From: a virus
Length of the DNA: 64,000 nt
IMG/VR virus record: IMGVR_UViG_3300044811_000050
Reading direction: 5' to 3' (one strand)
Shown in pieces: positions 1 to 11,862 of this stretch (positions are counted from its first letter, which is position 1; the number at the start of each line of letters is the position of its first letter). Both the position numbers and the translations under genes were made by a program. Below the pieces are notes generated by a model. The model was not told the DNA's origin. It did not search any database and saw nothing but the letters and a program-made list of their open reading frames with translations.

Positions 1-168
1 CTTTAATACATAAAGAAGAATTAGAGAGTGGTCTCAGAGGGTATTGTGTTTGTTTAATGTCAGACGCTGTCTCATTCAAAGCGAAGCTATGGGGGGCAAA
101 CCTCCTCGCGCTTAGCAACGCTAATGACCGCCGCTAACGACCTGGCCCGGGATCCCCGACGAACTGGG

Positions 169-210
169 CTGACGAAAGAGCTTGGCGGTGTCAGCTTGTC
201 AGGGTAGGGT
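169..210 (+). promoter_or_regulatory. Repeat promoter/operator element upstream of DinG
   Basis: CTGAC-GAAAGAGCTTGGCGGT-GTCAG-N10-TAGGGT; matches the window-wide consensus. Confidence 0.75.
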
Positions 211-251
211 GAGACCTTGAAGCACCGACCCCGAACCTGAGGGAGCACCCC

Positions 252-2213
<1,962 letters not shown>

Positions 2214-2468
2214 AGCTAGGGTGTTGTTTGCCCTCCGGCAACGGAGGGTATTCAACAGCCATTCAGCCATGTCCAACGGTTCTCGACACCAATTGGACAA
2301 TCTGGCACTCTACGATCAGTTTCTTACTGGACCCGCCTGAGGGAACCATTTCAAATGATGGCGCTATTCGATGGGCTGGTTCGCTTTATGACCAGAGACA
2401 CCACGCCTCGATGGGCGCACCCGCTCATCGAGGCGGTCCGCCGTATCGAGAGAAAGGTCAACACGATC

Positions 2469-2837
2469 ATGGCACTCGACTTGGACGTCCTCCACCGGAT
2501 TCTGGTGGGGGCGCAGTTCCTCGCTGACCGGGAGAAGGCTAATCAGCAGAAGATCGCCGATCTGACCACGCAGCTCACCGCCGCTCAGGATCAGCTCGGC
2601 CAGGCGACGGCCGCCGAGGCGGCCGAGGACGAGGCGGAGCAGGCGGCCAACACGGCCGCGACCACCGTGGCCGACACGATCGACTCGCTGGTCAAGGGCC
2701 CGGACACTCCGACCGTGGAGCAGCCCGCCGACCCGGGCCAGGTGGCCGACGTGGTCACCGGCGACGCGCCAGTTGTCGTGACCGACCCGGGCCCGACCGC
2801 CGACACTCCGCCCGACGCCGCGCCTTCGGTGGAGTAA
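2469..2837 (+). CDS. Hypothetical acidic coiled-coil protein
   Basis: RBS-like GAAAGG before ATG 2469; GC3-rich codons; start could be 2355. Confidence 0.65.
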   Translation: MALDLDVLHRILVGAQFLADREKANQQKIADLTTQLTAAQDQLGQATAAEAAEDEAEQAANTAATTVADTIDSLVKGPDTPTVEQPADPGQVADVVTGDAPVVVTDPGPTADTPPDAAPSVE

Positions 2838-2915
2838 GTCTGATCTCTCCGCGTTACCTGACATCCCTGTGCTCGTTATGGAGCACAGGGATGTCGCGCG
2901 TTCGGAGGAGATGAG

Positions 2916-3698
2916 ATGACGACCGAGGCCAGCGATTCCGACGCGATCGGCCCACCGGAGCTGCCTGCCAGCCCGGCGCTGCCCGAGGGCAATCCATCGA
3001 CCGCGCAGGCGGAACCGGCGATCGGGGTGGCCACCGTGGTGTCCGGGCTGACCCTGCTGGTCGACGGGCTGATCGCCTTCGGGCTGGTGACCATCACGCC
3101 CGACCAGAAGGTCTACCTGCTGGGCTTCATCGGGCTGATGGCCCCGCTGGTCGTTGGGTTCATCACCCGGGGCAAGGTGTTCTCCCCGGCCACGGTGAAG
3201 GCTCTGATCGACTACTACCAGCGGATGCATCAGGACACCACCAGCCAGCTGATCGCGGCTCGCGCGGAGAACGGCGCGGTGCAGGCGGTGGCCAGCGCGA
3301 TCCAGGCCGTGGTGCCCGCCCCCGCGCCGCCCCCAGAGCCCGCCCAGCCGCCGGCTTCGGCCCAGCCGGTCACCCAGCCCTGGCTGCCGGAGTACGACCA
3401 GTACGAGCCCGCTCAGGCCCCGCCGCCGGTGGAGACTGAGCGTGCTGTGCCACGGCAGATGCCGGTCTACCCGCCGCGCGAGTACTACTACGGCCCGCCG
3501 CCGCCCGCTGAGCAGGTCTACGGCCAACAGGCTTACGGCCAGCAGCAGGGTTACGGGCACGGTCCCTCCGGCTGGGAGCCGCCGGAGCAGAAGAATCGTT
3601 CAGCGGAGGCTGAGCCCCGGCAGGCCGAAACCCGGCAGTTCGACCCCCGCCAGGGCGACCCTCGTAACCCTGGGCGACATGCGGCTGGCAACCAGTAA
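2916..3698 (+). CDS. Holin-like membrane protein with Pro/Gln-rich tail
   Basis: GGAGGAG RBS; two hydrophobic segments followed by RGKVFSP, a pattern typical of actinophage holins; disordered C-terminus. Confidence 0.55.
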   Translation: MTTEASDSDAIGPPELPASPALPEGNPSTAQAEPAIGVATVVSGLTLLVDGLIAFGLVTITPDQKVYLLGFIGLMAPLVVGFITRGKVFSPATVKALIDYYQRMHQDTTSQLIAARAENGAVQAVASAIQAVVPAPAPPPEPAQPPASAQPVTQPWLPEYDQYEPAQAPPPVETERAVPRQMPVYPPREYYYGPPPPAEQVYGQQAYGQQQGYGHGPSGWEPPEQKNRSAEAEPRQAETRQFDPRQGDPRNPGRHAAGNQ

Positions 3699-3818
3699 CA
3701 CGGCGTAGCGAGAAAACTCGTTACCCGAAACGCTTGGTGTCAGGGGTGTGTGGCATTATCTTGGTGATCGGAAGTGAAGCACGCACCACAACGTCGAACC
3801 AGAGACGGGATGATCACC

Positions 3819-4508
3819 ATGACTGAGCCCACCGCACAGCCCACCTCGCCCACCACCGACCTCGTTGCCACCGGCGGCAAGCTGGCCGCCGTCGCGGGCC
3901 AGACCATCCGGGGTTTCCTCGCCGGCTTGTCCAAGGCGGACGCCAAGGCGACCGAGCGGCCCGAGCCGGTGCTGCCGGCGCCGGTGGTCGTGACCGATGA
4001 CCAGCGCAAGGCGTTGGATGCCCTGGCGGACGCCACCGCCGCGCTGAAGTGGCCCACCAAGCGGCGCGCGCTGAGCGCGGCCGAGCGGACCGCCCTCGCG
4101 GAGTACCTGGTCACGGTCAAGGAAGTCGACAAGCTGGTGACGCAGGCCAAGGAGAGCTTGCGGACCGCGCTGTTCAACGACCTGGACGTGGAGGCCGAGC
4201 TGGACGGTACGGCCGATGAGAGCACCCCGCGTGACGGCAAGGGCTTCTACCTGCTCGCGGCGACCCGCCCCGGCTACGCCCGGGAGGTCCGTTCCGGCAC
4301 CCCGTCGGCGGACGCCCAGGAGCTGGCCCAGCTGGACGTCGAGGGTGCCATCAGCCACGAGGACTACCTCGCGGCGACCAAGCAGGTCCGGGTGGTCTCC
4401 GAGGAGGGCTTCCTGCGCCTGGTGGCCCGCAAGCCCCACCTGCTGCCGGCGCTGCGCCGGGCGGTGAAGCTCTCCCGGGCCGCCAGCGTCTCGCTGAAGC
4501 TCAAGTAA
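3819..4508 (+). CDS. Hypothetical phage protein
   Basis: Long ORF with genome-typical codon usage. Confidence 0.7.
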   Translation: MTEPTAQPTSPTTDLVATGGKLAAVAGQTIRGFLAGLSKADAKATERPEPVLPAPVVVTDDQRKALDALADATAALKWPTKRRALSAAERTALAEYLVTVKEVDKLVTQAKESLRTALFNDLDVEAELDGTADESTPRDGKGFYLLAATRPGYAREVRSGTPSADAQELAQLDVEGAISHEDYLAATKQVRVVSEEGFLRLVARKPHLLPALRRAVKLSRAASVSLKLK

Positions 4509-4517
4509 CCATCAGCT

Positions 4518-4558
4518 TGGCCTGGGTCTTCGTAGGAGGGGGACGAAGACCCAGGCCA
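4518..4558 (+). promoter_or_regulatory. Perfect 16-bp hairpin with SD-like loop (terminator or translational control)
   Basis: TGGCCTGGGTCTTCGT-AGGAGGGGG-ACGAAGACCCAGGCCA. Confidence 0.6.
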
Positions 4559-4577
4559 CTCCCCAGGAGGGGGCCCA

Positions 4578-4943
4578 ATGCCTGAGCCGATGGTCTTGGC
4601 CACCCCGGAAATGATCACTCCCGGGGACAGCGAGTTCTGGACCAGCCCGGACATGTACGACTCGATCCGGCACCACCCCGCGTTCCGGATCTCCGAGACC
4701 GCGCGAGCCTTCTACGGGATGTCGCCGGGCTGGCTGCGCAAGCACGTCAAGGTGGGTTACGAGTGGGACGGCCAGCTGTGGCAGCCGCCCCGCACGGCGA
4801 CCAACGACATGTACTTCCGGCTCTTCGACATCGAGCTGTTCGCGCACATCTTGGCCGAGGAGCACGTGATCAGCGGCCAGCATCTGAAGTTGACGGTGAC
4901 CATCGTGAAGAGCGTGGCCCAGCTCAACCACTTCATCGTCTGA
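4578..4943 (+). CDS. Putative winged-HTH (MerR/excisionase-like) DNA-binding protein
   Basis: FRISETARAFYGMSPGWLR helix-turn-helix pattern followed by a wing; strong RBS. Confidence 0.55.
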   Translation: MPEPMVLATPEMITPGDSEFWTSPDMYDSIRHHPAFRISETARAFYGMSPGWLRKHVKVGYEWDGQLWQPPRTATNDMYFRLFDIELFAHILAEEHVISGQHLKLTVTIVKSVAQLNHFIV

Positions 4944-4953
4944 AAGGAGCGTC

Positions 4954-5454
4954 GTGACCAGCGGAGACATCCCGATCTGCGGCTACCGCGAGGAGGCTCT
5001 CGGCGTGTGCCGAACCGCCCGGATGACGCGTCCGGACGGTCGTTTGGCCAAGCGGTGCGAGAAGCATGATCTTCCGCGCTACGCGGTCTGCACCGGGTGC
5101 GCGGGGGAGGCGATCGGGGAATGTGGAGCGGGGCTGCGCAACGGTCAAGGCTGCACCGCGCCGGTCTGCGAGAACTGCCGGCACCTGCCCGAGGACGACA
5201 CCCACGGCAATGCCCCGCCAGGCGCGTTCGCCGGCCAACGCCCCGGCCCGAAACCGGCCGACTTGGCCCGCGCTGGGATGATCGAAGCGTTGGCGACCGC
5301 GCTGGAAGACCTGGATCAGCGTCACTACATCAAGATCAACCCCGCCCTGGATGATGGCGCTCAGCGGGTCGCCGGGGTCCTGGTCGATGAGCTGGCCACC
5401 CACGTGCTGGTGCAGACGGTGGGCGGCATCATCTCCGGGCAGGTGAACTCGTGA
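4954..5454 (+). CDS. Cys-rich (zinc-binding) hypothetical protein
   Basis: AAGGAG RBS; multiple CxxC/CxxH motifs. Confidence 0.65.
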   Translation: MTSGDIPICGYREEALGVCRTARMTRPDGRLAKRCEKHDLPRYAVCTGCAGEAIGECGAGLRNGQGCTAPVCENCRHLPEDDTHGNAPPGAFAGQRPGPKPADLARAGMIEALATALEDLDQRHYIKINPALDDGAQRVAGVLVDELATHVLVQTVGGIISGQVNS

Positions 5455-6398
5455 CCGGCACCGCCCTTCTGGTCGACGGCCAGAACCTCTTCATGAGATC
5501 AATGTTCGCCGCGCGGCACTCCCAGATGTCCGCCCACGGGGTGCCCACCGGCCCGCTGGTGCTGTTCATCAACTCGTTGGCGCTGCACGTGCGCCGGGAG
5601 GAGCCGAGCCGGCTGGTGATCCTGTGGGACGGCGGGACCAGCGCCGCGCGAACCCGCGCGCTGCCCAGCTACAAGGCCCGCCGCCGCCCGGTGCCCGAGG
5701 AGGAGAAGCGTTTCCGCGACGACTCCGCCGAGCTGGTCGCCCGGTTCTGCGCGCTGGCCGCCGTGCCCGGCTTCCGGCTCACCGGGGTAGAGGCCGACGA
5801 CCTGATCGCCGGGGCCTGGGCCAGCCTCCGGCCCGCCGACGCGGAGAAGATCGTCGTCCTCAGCTCCGACAAAGACTTCTTGCAGATGCTCGGCGCGAAC
5901 CCCCACGGCATCCCCACCGAGCAGCTGCGGCTGTCCAGCGCCGGCACCCCCACCGACCGCTGGACCGAGGCCCGGGTCACCGCCGAGCTGGGCCACACGC
6001 CGGCGCAATGGCCCCTGGTGACCGCGCTGGCCGGAGATACCGGGGACGGGGTGCCCGGCCTACCCGGGATCGGAGTGGTCAGGGCGATGAAGCTACTGAA
6101 GGCCGCCAACTGGGATCTGGCCGAGGCGGTAGCCACCCGAGGTGAGGATGATCGGAAGCTGGTCGAGGCGTGCCGGTTCTGTGTGGACCTGCGGGCGCTG
6201 CCCCCGCTGCCGGTCGCGGTGCCCCCGTGGCGGCCGTCCAGGCAGGACTCTCCGCTGTGGCCGGGATTGATCGAGTTCCTCTCGGCCTACGAGCTGCGGG
6301 ACATCCAGGACCGTATCCAGGACGGCTCGCTGTGGTCAGATCGTGACCTGATCACCGCCCCGACCCCCGGCGGCAACGTCGATGACAGGGCTGGGTAG
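5451..6398 (+). CDS. 5'-3' exonuclease/flap endonuclease (PolA N-terminal PIN fold)
   Basis: LLVDGQN, WDGG, YKARR, EADDLI, SSDKDFLQ, H3TH motif LAGDTGDGVPGLPGIG. Confidence 0.9.
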   Translation: MTGTALLVDGQNLFMRSMFAARHSQMSAHGVPTGPLVLFINSLALHVRREEPSRLVILWDGGTSAARTRALPSYKARRRPVPEEEKRFRDDSAELVARFCALAAVPGFRLTGVEADDLIAGAWASLRPADAEKIVVLSSDKDFLQMLGANPHGIPTEQLRLSSAGTPTDRWTEARVTAELGHTPAQWPLVTALAGDTGDGVPGLPGIGVVRAMKLLKAANWDLAEAVATRGEDDRKLVEACRFCVDLRALPPLPVAVPPWRPSRQDSPLWPGLIEFLSAYELRDIQDRIQDGSLWSDRDLITAPTPGGNVDDRAG

Positions 6399-6658
6399 TG
6401 ATGTTTCTTGTTACCGAGAAGTGTCTTGCTCCCGTTCACCGCTTAAAACGATGCGGTGGTCTACGAGAATCCTTGCTGGTACCCGGATCGCTCGATACGG
6501 TCAGCCGCCGTACCTTCCCGGGGCACCAACTCCCGGAAAACCCCCTGGATCTCTCGGGCTTCAGGGCTACCTGCACGTCTAGCAAGCGGTGGTGGTTCCG
6601 CCCGGCCTTGACTGGCCGGGACCGGGCGGAACAACCCTCGCTCTACCTGGAGGCCCTC

Positions 6659-7027
6659 ATGGGGAGTATTGAAACTCCGGGTAATGGCGTGCTGCCGGAC
6701 GGGCTGCTGATGGTTCTGCGGCAGCTCGCCGAGACCGTGAAGCATGGTCGGCGCGTGACGTTCCAGGTAAGAAGTGCTGAGTCGGTCACCGGCTATCTAG
6801 CCGGGATTGACGAGACGCATTTCTTTGTGCTCGCTCCTGAGGGGGAGCGAGTACGGCTCTTATTTGTGACGCGTGACGCAAGTCCCGTCTTCGAAGTGCA
6901 TCCAGAATCAACGTATCAAGATGAAGAACAACATCCATATATGGAACGCATTATCGGCAAGTTCCGGAGTGCGATAATCAACCGCATTCTGGTGCCTGGC
7001 GACTCCGACGCTAGAAAGGCCGGCTGA
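6659..7027 (+). CDS. Hypothetical protein, possible Sm/LSm-like fold
   Basis: GGAGG RBS before ATG 6659; VTFQVRSAESVTGYLAGIDETHFFVL resembles the Sm1 pattern; lower GC. Confidence 0.55.
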   Translation: MGSIETPGNGVLPDGLLMVLRQLAETVKHGRRVTFQVRSAESVTGYLAGIDETHFFVLAPEGERVRLLFVTRDASPVFEVHPESTYQDEEQHPYMERIIGKFRSAIINRILVPGDSDARKAG

Positions 7028-7032
7028 ACTTC

Positions 7033-7458
7033 ATGTTCGACTTCGAAACCGATCTCGATGTGGCCCGCTCCCAGGGTCAGCGCACCATCCGTGTCTCCAC
7101 GTCCGCCCCGAGGGTGCGGGAGACCGTGACCGTGACCCGTGACGAGACGTTGGCCACCGAGGTGCGCACCACCGATGTCGGCAAGAACCCTGCTGAATGG
7201 AATTGGGAAGACCTCCGGAACTACGTGGTCCGGCAGATCCAGACATTCCACGGGGAGTTCCCCATCGACCAGATGAAGTTGAGCGGCATTTTCAAGGGCT
7301 TCCTGCGCCGGCACGGCGCCATGGCCGGCCCGATCGCGGTGGCCGCCTTCGACCTGCACCACGGCCGCTGGAAGGGCGCCCCGATCTCAGTCACCCGCTT
7401 CTGCGCGGGCTCGGACCCCTACTTCGCCGAGCCCATCAAGCGCAGCCTGCTCGGTTAG
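7033..7458 (+). CDS. Hypothetical protein (possible replication initiation partner)
   Basis: ORF directly upstream of the DnaC-like gene; typical codon usage. Confidence 0.65.
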   Translation: MFDFETDLDVARSQGQRTIRVSTSAPRVRETVTVTRDETLATEVRTTDVGKNPAEWNWEDLRNYVVRQIQTFHGEFPIDQMKLSGIFKGFLRRHGAMAGPIAVAAFDLHHGRWKGAPISVTRFCAGSDPYFAEPIKRSLLG

Positions 7459-7491
7459 TCGAGCGGGGATCCACTACCCGGGGGCGCCGCC

Positions 7492-8340
7492 ATGCCCCGC
7501 CTACAGGAGATCACCATGCATGAGTTGCCGGCGCTACCCCGCGCCATTCCGATCTTGCCCACGGTCGACAGCGAACGGCTGCGCGACCTGCACCCCGGGC
7601 TGCCGGTCAGCCCCCGCGACTGCGTCACCTGCAAGGGCACCGGACAGTTCCGCTGGTACGACGAGGCTGGCGAGCCGACCGACTGGAAGTGCAACTGCGA
7701 GGAGCAGTTCATCCTGCACCGCTACTTGCTGGCTTCCGGGGTCGCGCTGCACTACCAGCGGCTGCGCTGGGATGACGCGGAAGGTGTCCCGAACGATGTC
7801 TTGGATGTGATCCAGGACTACATCGACAACTGCGATGCCTACGTACAGGCGGGGCTCGGCCTGGTGCTCTGGGGCAGGGTCGGTACCGGCAAGACGCTGC
7901 TGGCCAGCCTGCTGCTGAAGTCGCTGCTGGAGAAGGGCGTCCGGGGCCAGTTCGTCACCTTCCACACCATGCTGGACATGTTCACCGCCGGCTGGGAGCA
8001 GAAGGAAGCCAAGGTCTGGTTCGAGCAGCGGATCACCCACGCCGACGTGCTGGTGCTCGACGACATCGGCCGGGAGCACGAGGGCCGGCGGACCGCCATC
8101 GCCGAGTCGACCTTGGACCACGTGTTGCGCAGCCGGGTGGCCGCCGACAAGCCGACCATCATGACCACCAACCGCAGCCCCGACGAGCTGGGCACGCTGT
8201 ACTCCGGCAACGCGCTGAGCCTGCTCTCCGAGTCGGCCATCGTGAAGGAGTTCCGGGGCGCGGACTTCCGGCCCGAGCACCAGACCCGGAAGATCACCGA
8301 GGCCAAGGCCCGGCTGACCCGACCGATCGTGCTGTCATGA
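7492..8340 (+). CDS. dnaC: DnaC/IstB-like AAA+ helicase loader
   Basis: CxxC..CxC zinc motif, Walker A GRVGTGKT, Walker B VLVLDDIG, TIMTTN. Confidence 0.88.
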   Translation: MPRLQEITMHELPALPRAIPILPTVDSERLRDLHPGLPVSPRDCVTCKGTGQFRWYDEAGEPTDWKCNCEEQFILHRYLLASGVALHYQRLRWDDAEGVPNDVLDVIQDYIDNCDAYVQAGLGLVLWGRVGTGKTLLASLLLKSLLEKGVRGQFVTFHTMLDMFTAGWEQKEAKVWFEQRITHADVLVLDDIGREHEGRRTAIAESTLDHVLRSRVAADKPTIMTTNRSPDELGTLYSGNALSLLSESAIVKEFRGADFRPEHQTRKITEAKARLTRPIVLS

Positions 8341-9659
8341 TCCATCCCGAGCAGGTGCTGCTGGAGCACCTCAACGACCCCGAGTCCCTGGACTACCTCT
8401 CCCAGGAGGGCTTCCACCAGAGCGTCAGCCTGGCCGTGGTGCCCACCGAGCTGGTCCGGAAGATCACCGGCTGGGCGATCTCCTACTACTGGGAGAACGG
8501 CCGCAAGGTCGGCCCGTCCCACGAGGCCACCAAGGAGACTTGGGGTGATCAGATGGAGGCAATGGAGATCGCCTTCGGTGACCCCACCGACGAGATTGAC
8601 TCCATCGAATGGGCGGTGCAGGCGCTGCGGTCCCAGTACGCGGTCAGCCAGTCCCAGAAGCTCAACCGGGAGATGGCGACGAGGGTGGCGCGGGCCGATC
8701 AGACGGGCAAAGTTGAGGCGATCATCGACGGCGCCCGCGAATTTCATCGGCTCGTCCAGGCGCTGTCTTCCCGGCGGGATGAGTCCGAGGCCGGGCTCGC
8801 CTTCGAGGCCGCCGTGTTGCGTCATGAAGATCGTCGCGTCAGCGGCCACCATCAGCACGGGCTCACCCTGGGCATGGATCTGATCGACAACCACACCCTG
8901 GGGGTGCACCCCGGTGAGCTGGCGGCGTTCGCCATGACCACCGGCGGCGGCAAGAGTTGGATCGCCGGCAAGGTGCTGCTCAACGAGTGGAGACGCGGCC
9001 GGCGGGCCGTGCTGGTCACCCTGGAGAACGACCTGGAGATGACCTCCGACCGGCTGGCCTGCATGTACGCCCACGTCGACTACACCCGTTGGCAGCGCGG
9101 TGAGGCCAAGGACGACGAGGTGTTCCGGGTGCTGGAGGCCGCCGAACAACTCAAGGCCAGCGAGCACCAGCCGGTCATCACCATGATCCAGGCGAACGAG
9201 CGCGACCCGCTGTCCATCGTGCGCCGGGCGCACACCCTGGGCGCCGAGAGCCTGATCGTCGACCAGCTCTCCCACATCGAGTCGGTGCCGGGCACCAAGA
9301 GCCGGGAACGGCACCAGCAGGTCGCCGAGATCATGCGCGAGCTGAAAGCACAGATCCGCGATGACGCGGTCGGCCGGTTGCCCTGCCTGCTGCTGGCCCA
9401 GATCAACCGGGCGGGCCGGGACGCGGCCCGCAAGAGTGGCCGCTACGAGCTGGAGCACCTGGGGCTGTCCACCGAGGTGGAGAACACCGTCGACCACCTG
9501 TGGGCCGGGTACCAGTCCGCTGATCATGAAGTCCTTCAGCGCGCGGTGTGGCAGTTCCTCAAGTTCCGGCGCGGGCCCAAGGTCGACTTCGACATGCGCT
9601 GGCGTCTGGACGTCGGTGACATCCGCGCGCTCAACGTGGCCGAGCGGGACTCGACATGA
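8337..9659 (+). CDS. dnaB: DnaB-like replicative helicase
   Basis: Walker A TTGGGKS, VTLEND, LIVDQL, LLAQINR, KFRRG arginine finger. Confidence 0.9.
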   Translation: MIHPEQVLLEHLNDPESLDYLSQEGFHQSVSLAVVPTELVRKITGWAISYYWENGRKVGPSHEATKETWGDQMEAMEIAFGDPTDEIDSIEWAVQALRSQYAVSQSQKLNREMATRVARADQTGKVEAIIDGAREFHRLVQALSSRRDESEAGLAFEAAVLRHEDRRVSGHHQHGLTLGMDLIDNHTLGVHPGELAAFAMTTGGGKSWIAGKVLLNEWRRGRRAVLVTLENDLEMTSDRLACMYAHVDYTRWQRGEAKDDEVFRVLEAAEQLKASEHQPVITMIQANERDPLSIVRRAHTLGAESLIVDQLSHIESVPGTKSRERHQQVAEIMRELKAQIRDDAVGRLPCLLLAQINRAGRDAARKSGRYELEHLGLSTEVENTVDHLWAGYQSADHEVLQRAVWQFLKFRRGPKVDFDMRWRLDVGDIRALNVAERDST

Positions 9660-9841
9660 GCGACCACCAGCACCACTACGTGCCCGCCGTGCACACCAAG
9701 GGCAGCGATCTTCGCTGGGAGCGCCAGCTCACCGCTGTCCCGCGCTATGCCTTCCGGTGCGCCTGCGGGCATGTGGTCTGGATGGGCATCGAGCAAGCCT
9801 CCGCCGAGGGTTTGATCTTCGTGGTGGGGAGGCTGGCATGA
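9656..9841 (+). CDS. Small hypothetical protein (CxC/H motif)
   Basis: ATGA overlaps at both ends with dnaB and primase. Confidence 0.6.
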   Translation: MSDHQHHYVPAVHTKGSDLRWERQLTAVPRYAFRCACGHVVWMGIEQASAEGLIFVVGRLA

Positions 9842-10872
9842 GCGACGTCTTCGAGCCGGCGTTCCTGCCTGATCAGGAGAAGCGTGAGCTGTGCGAGGGG
9901 CTGCTGCGCGAGTTCGGGGTGACCCGGTGGCGGTCCACCGAGAAGGGCGAGTTGATCCATTCCTGCCCGATCCCGGGCGGGCACCGCAACGGGGACAAGA
10001 ACCCCTCGGCCAGCCTCAACTACAAGAAGTTGACCTTCAACTGCCTCGGCTGCGGTAGCCGGGGTGGGCTGCTGTTCTTCATCGCCCGGTGCCGGGGAGA
10101 AGACGCTCAGGGCGTCCGTGACTGGCTCGGTGAAGCCACCGGCACCGGCGGCCACACCATGGACTTGGGGCGCCTCCTGGAGGTCCTGGACGCCCTGGAG
10201 GCGCCCTCCGCGCCGCCGCCCCCGATCCCTCGTTTCGCCGCTTCGATGCTGGACCCGTGGACCCGCTGGCCGATCCACCACCCGTACCTGACCGACCCGT
10301 TGCCAGAGGGCCGGGCCTGCCCGCCCGAGACGCTGTCCCGCTTCAAGATCGGCTATGCCGAGGACTACGCGATGGGCGGCGACCGGGGCGCTCAGGAGCG
10401 CATCGTCATCCCGCTGTTCTGGCGCGGTGACCTGGTCGGCTGGCAGGCCCGCCGGCTCAACCCCTACGAGGAGCCCAAGTACAAATTCAGCCCCGACTTC
10501 CCCCGGGACCGGACCCTCTACAACCACCATGGCGAGCGCGAGGCGCTGGTGGTGGAGAGCCCGCTGTCGGTGCTGCGCCATTACCACCACGTGCCGGGGA
10601 TCTTGTCCACCTTCGGCGCCCAGGTGACCGAGGCCCAGATCCGGCTGCTGCACCGCTACGACCGGGTGGTGCTGTGGTTCGACAACGACGACGCCGGCTG
10701 GCAAGCCACCCGCTCGGTGGGCACCGCATTGCTGCCGTTTTGCGACGTGTGGGCGGTGGAGAGCCCTTTCGAGGCCGATCCTGCCGAGCTGGACGACACC
10801 ACGCTAGAAGGGTTGATAGAGGGTGCTGTGCCGTTCGCGGTATGGGCCCCTCCGAAAACTCTTGTTGGTTGA
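9838..10872 (+). CDS. dnaG: DNA primase (zinc finger + TOPRIM)
   Basis: CPIPGGH..NPS..FNCLGC zinc finger, IVIPL..VGWQARR, KY, VVES, WFDNDDAG, DPAE; ATG at 9838. Confidence 0.9.
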   Translation: MSDVFEPAFLPDQEKRELCEGLLREFGVTRWRSTEKGELIHSCPIPGGHRNGDKNPSASLNYKKLTFNCLGCGSRGGLLFFIARCRGEDAQGVRDWLGEATGTGGHTMDLGRLLEVLDALEAPSAPPPPIPRFAASMLDPWTRWPIHHPYLTDPLPEGRACPPETLSRFKIGYAEDYAMGGDRGAQERIVIPLFWRGDLVGWQARRLNPYEEPKYKFSPDFPRDRTLYNHHGEREALVVESPLSVLRHYHHVPGILSTFGAQVTEAQIRLLHRYDRVVLWFDNDDAGWQATRSVGTALLPFCDVWAVESPFEADPAELDDTTLEGLIEGAVPFAVWAPPKTLVG

Positions 10873-10885
10873 CATGAGAGGGTGC

Positions 10886-11041
10886 ATGATGGGTTTCCGG
10901 AAGTTCGGTGAAGAGCAGAGAATCATTCCGGTGAAGGAAGACGTTGACCCGCAGGGGATCAACGTCACCGCCGCCAGGGAAGACGACGAGCGGGTTTCAC
11001 CCGAGGAGATCCTCAGAGAGGGGGACGACGAGATTAGATGA
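10886..11041 (+). CDS. Small acidic hypothetical protein
   Basis: GAGGGTG RBS; overlaps next start (ATGA). Confidence 0.55.
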   Translation: MMGFRKFGEEQRIIPVKEDVDPQGINVTAAREDDERVSPEEILREGDDEIR

Positions 11042-11862
11042 GCGTCACCGCCATGAAGATCACCCAGCGGCCCGTCCCGATGCACTACGTCGAGACGCCG
11101 CTGCTGTCCGGGCTCGGGCCGGCCAATTGGTCGACCTGTACCGAGCTGGTTCCGGACCCGGTGATCATTCATGACGGCAACTTCTACTACCGTGCGCTGG
11201 GGTTCGCGTGGCCTTTCCTGGGGATCACCCGGGCGATGCTGCGGGACGCCTACCAGGAACGTGGGGGACCGGACGACGAGTTCATGACCTACGCGTTTAA
11301 AAGGCTCTGGGATACCGATTACCGGCGGTGGTACTCCCGCCTGGAATTGGGTGACGCCGACATTGACGAGTATTTCTGGACGAGGGTGCGACTGGCTGCC
11401 GCGCAGGAAGCCGCGAGGCGTTCCGTAGAGCAGCGCAGGATCGTAACCAAGTCCGAAGTGCTCGACAGCTGGGGTATCGCGCACGGGGATCACGAACCGA
11501 TTGAACCGGTCGTCGATGGGGGACGACCGGCTGGCGATGGCCAACCCGATGAAGAACTGTCGGGAACGCCCGATACGGTCCGCAGGCCGTGGGCGTGGGG
11601 TTACTACCGCTGGCGTACTGACTGCTCGGAAATCGAGCGGTTGGAGCGCTGGCAGGTGCTGCTACTGACGGCGGCACGACGGGCGGGGCTGCGGACCCAC
11701 CTGTGTACGGGCTTCGTGGGGCAGGTTCTCCAGGAGGTGATCACCGGCCGCCTCGGCGACCACTACGTGATCTTCCTTCGGGCGGACGTTCAGCCCACCG
11801 AGGAGCTGGCGACCAACGCGGTCGCCACCGTGATGATGTTGTTGACACATGACAGGAGTTGA
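11038..11862 (+). CDS. Hypothetical phage protein
   Basis: Long ORF coupled to both neighbours. Confidence 0.7.
   Translation: MSVTAMKITQRPVPMHYVETPLLSGLGPANWSTCTELVPDPVIIHDGNFYYRALGFAWPFLGITRAMLRDAYQERGGPDDEFMTYAFKRLWDTDYRRWYSRLELGDADIDEYFWTRVRLAAAQEAARRSVEQRRIVTKSEVLDSWGIAHGDHEPIEPVVDGGRPAGDGQPDEELSGTPDTVRRPWAWGYYRWRTDCSEIERLERWQVLLLTAARRAGLRTHLCTGFVGQVLQEVITGRLGDHYVIFLRADVQPTEELATNAVATVMMLLTHDRS

Noticed and set aside
1-85. AT-rich stretch at the window start as origin or genome end
   Set aside because: Too short and truncated by the window edge to interpret.
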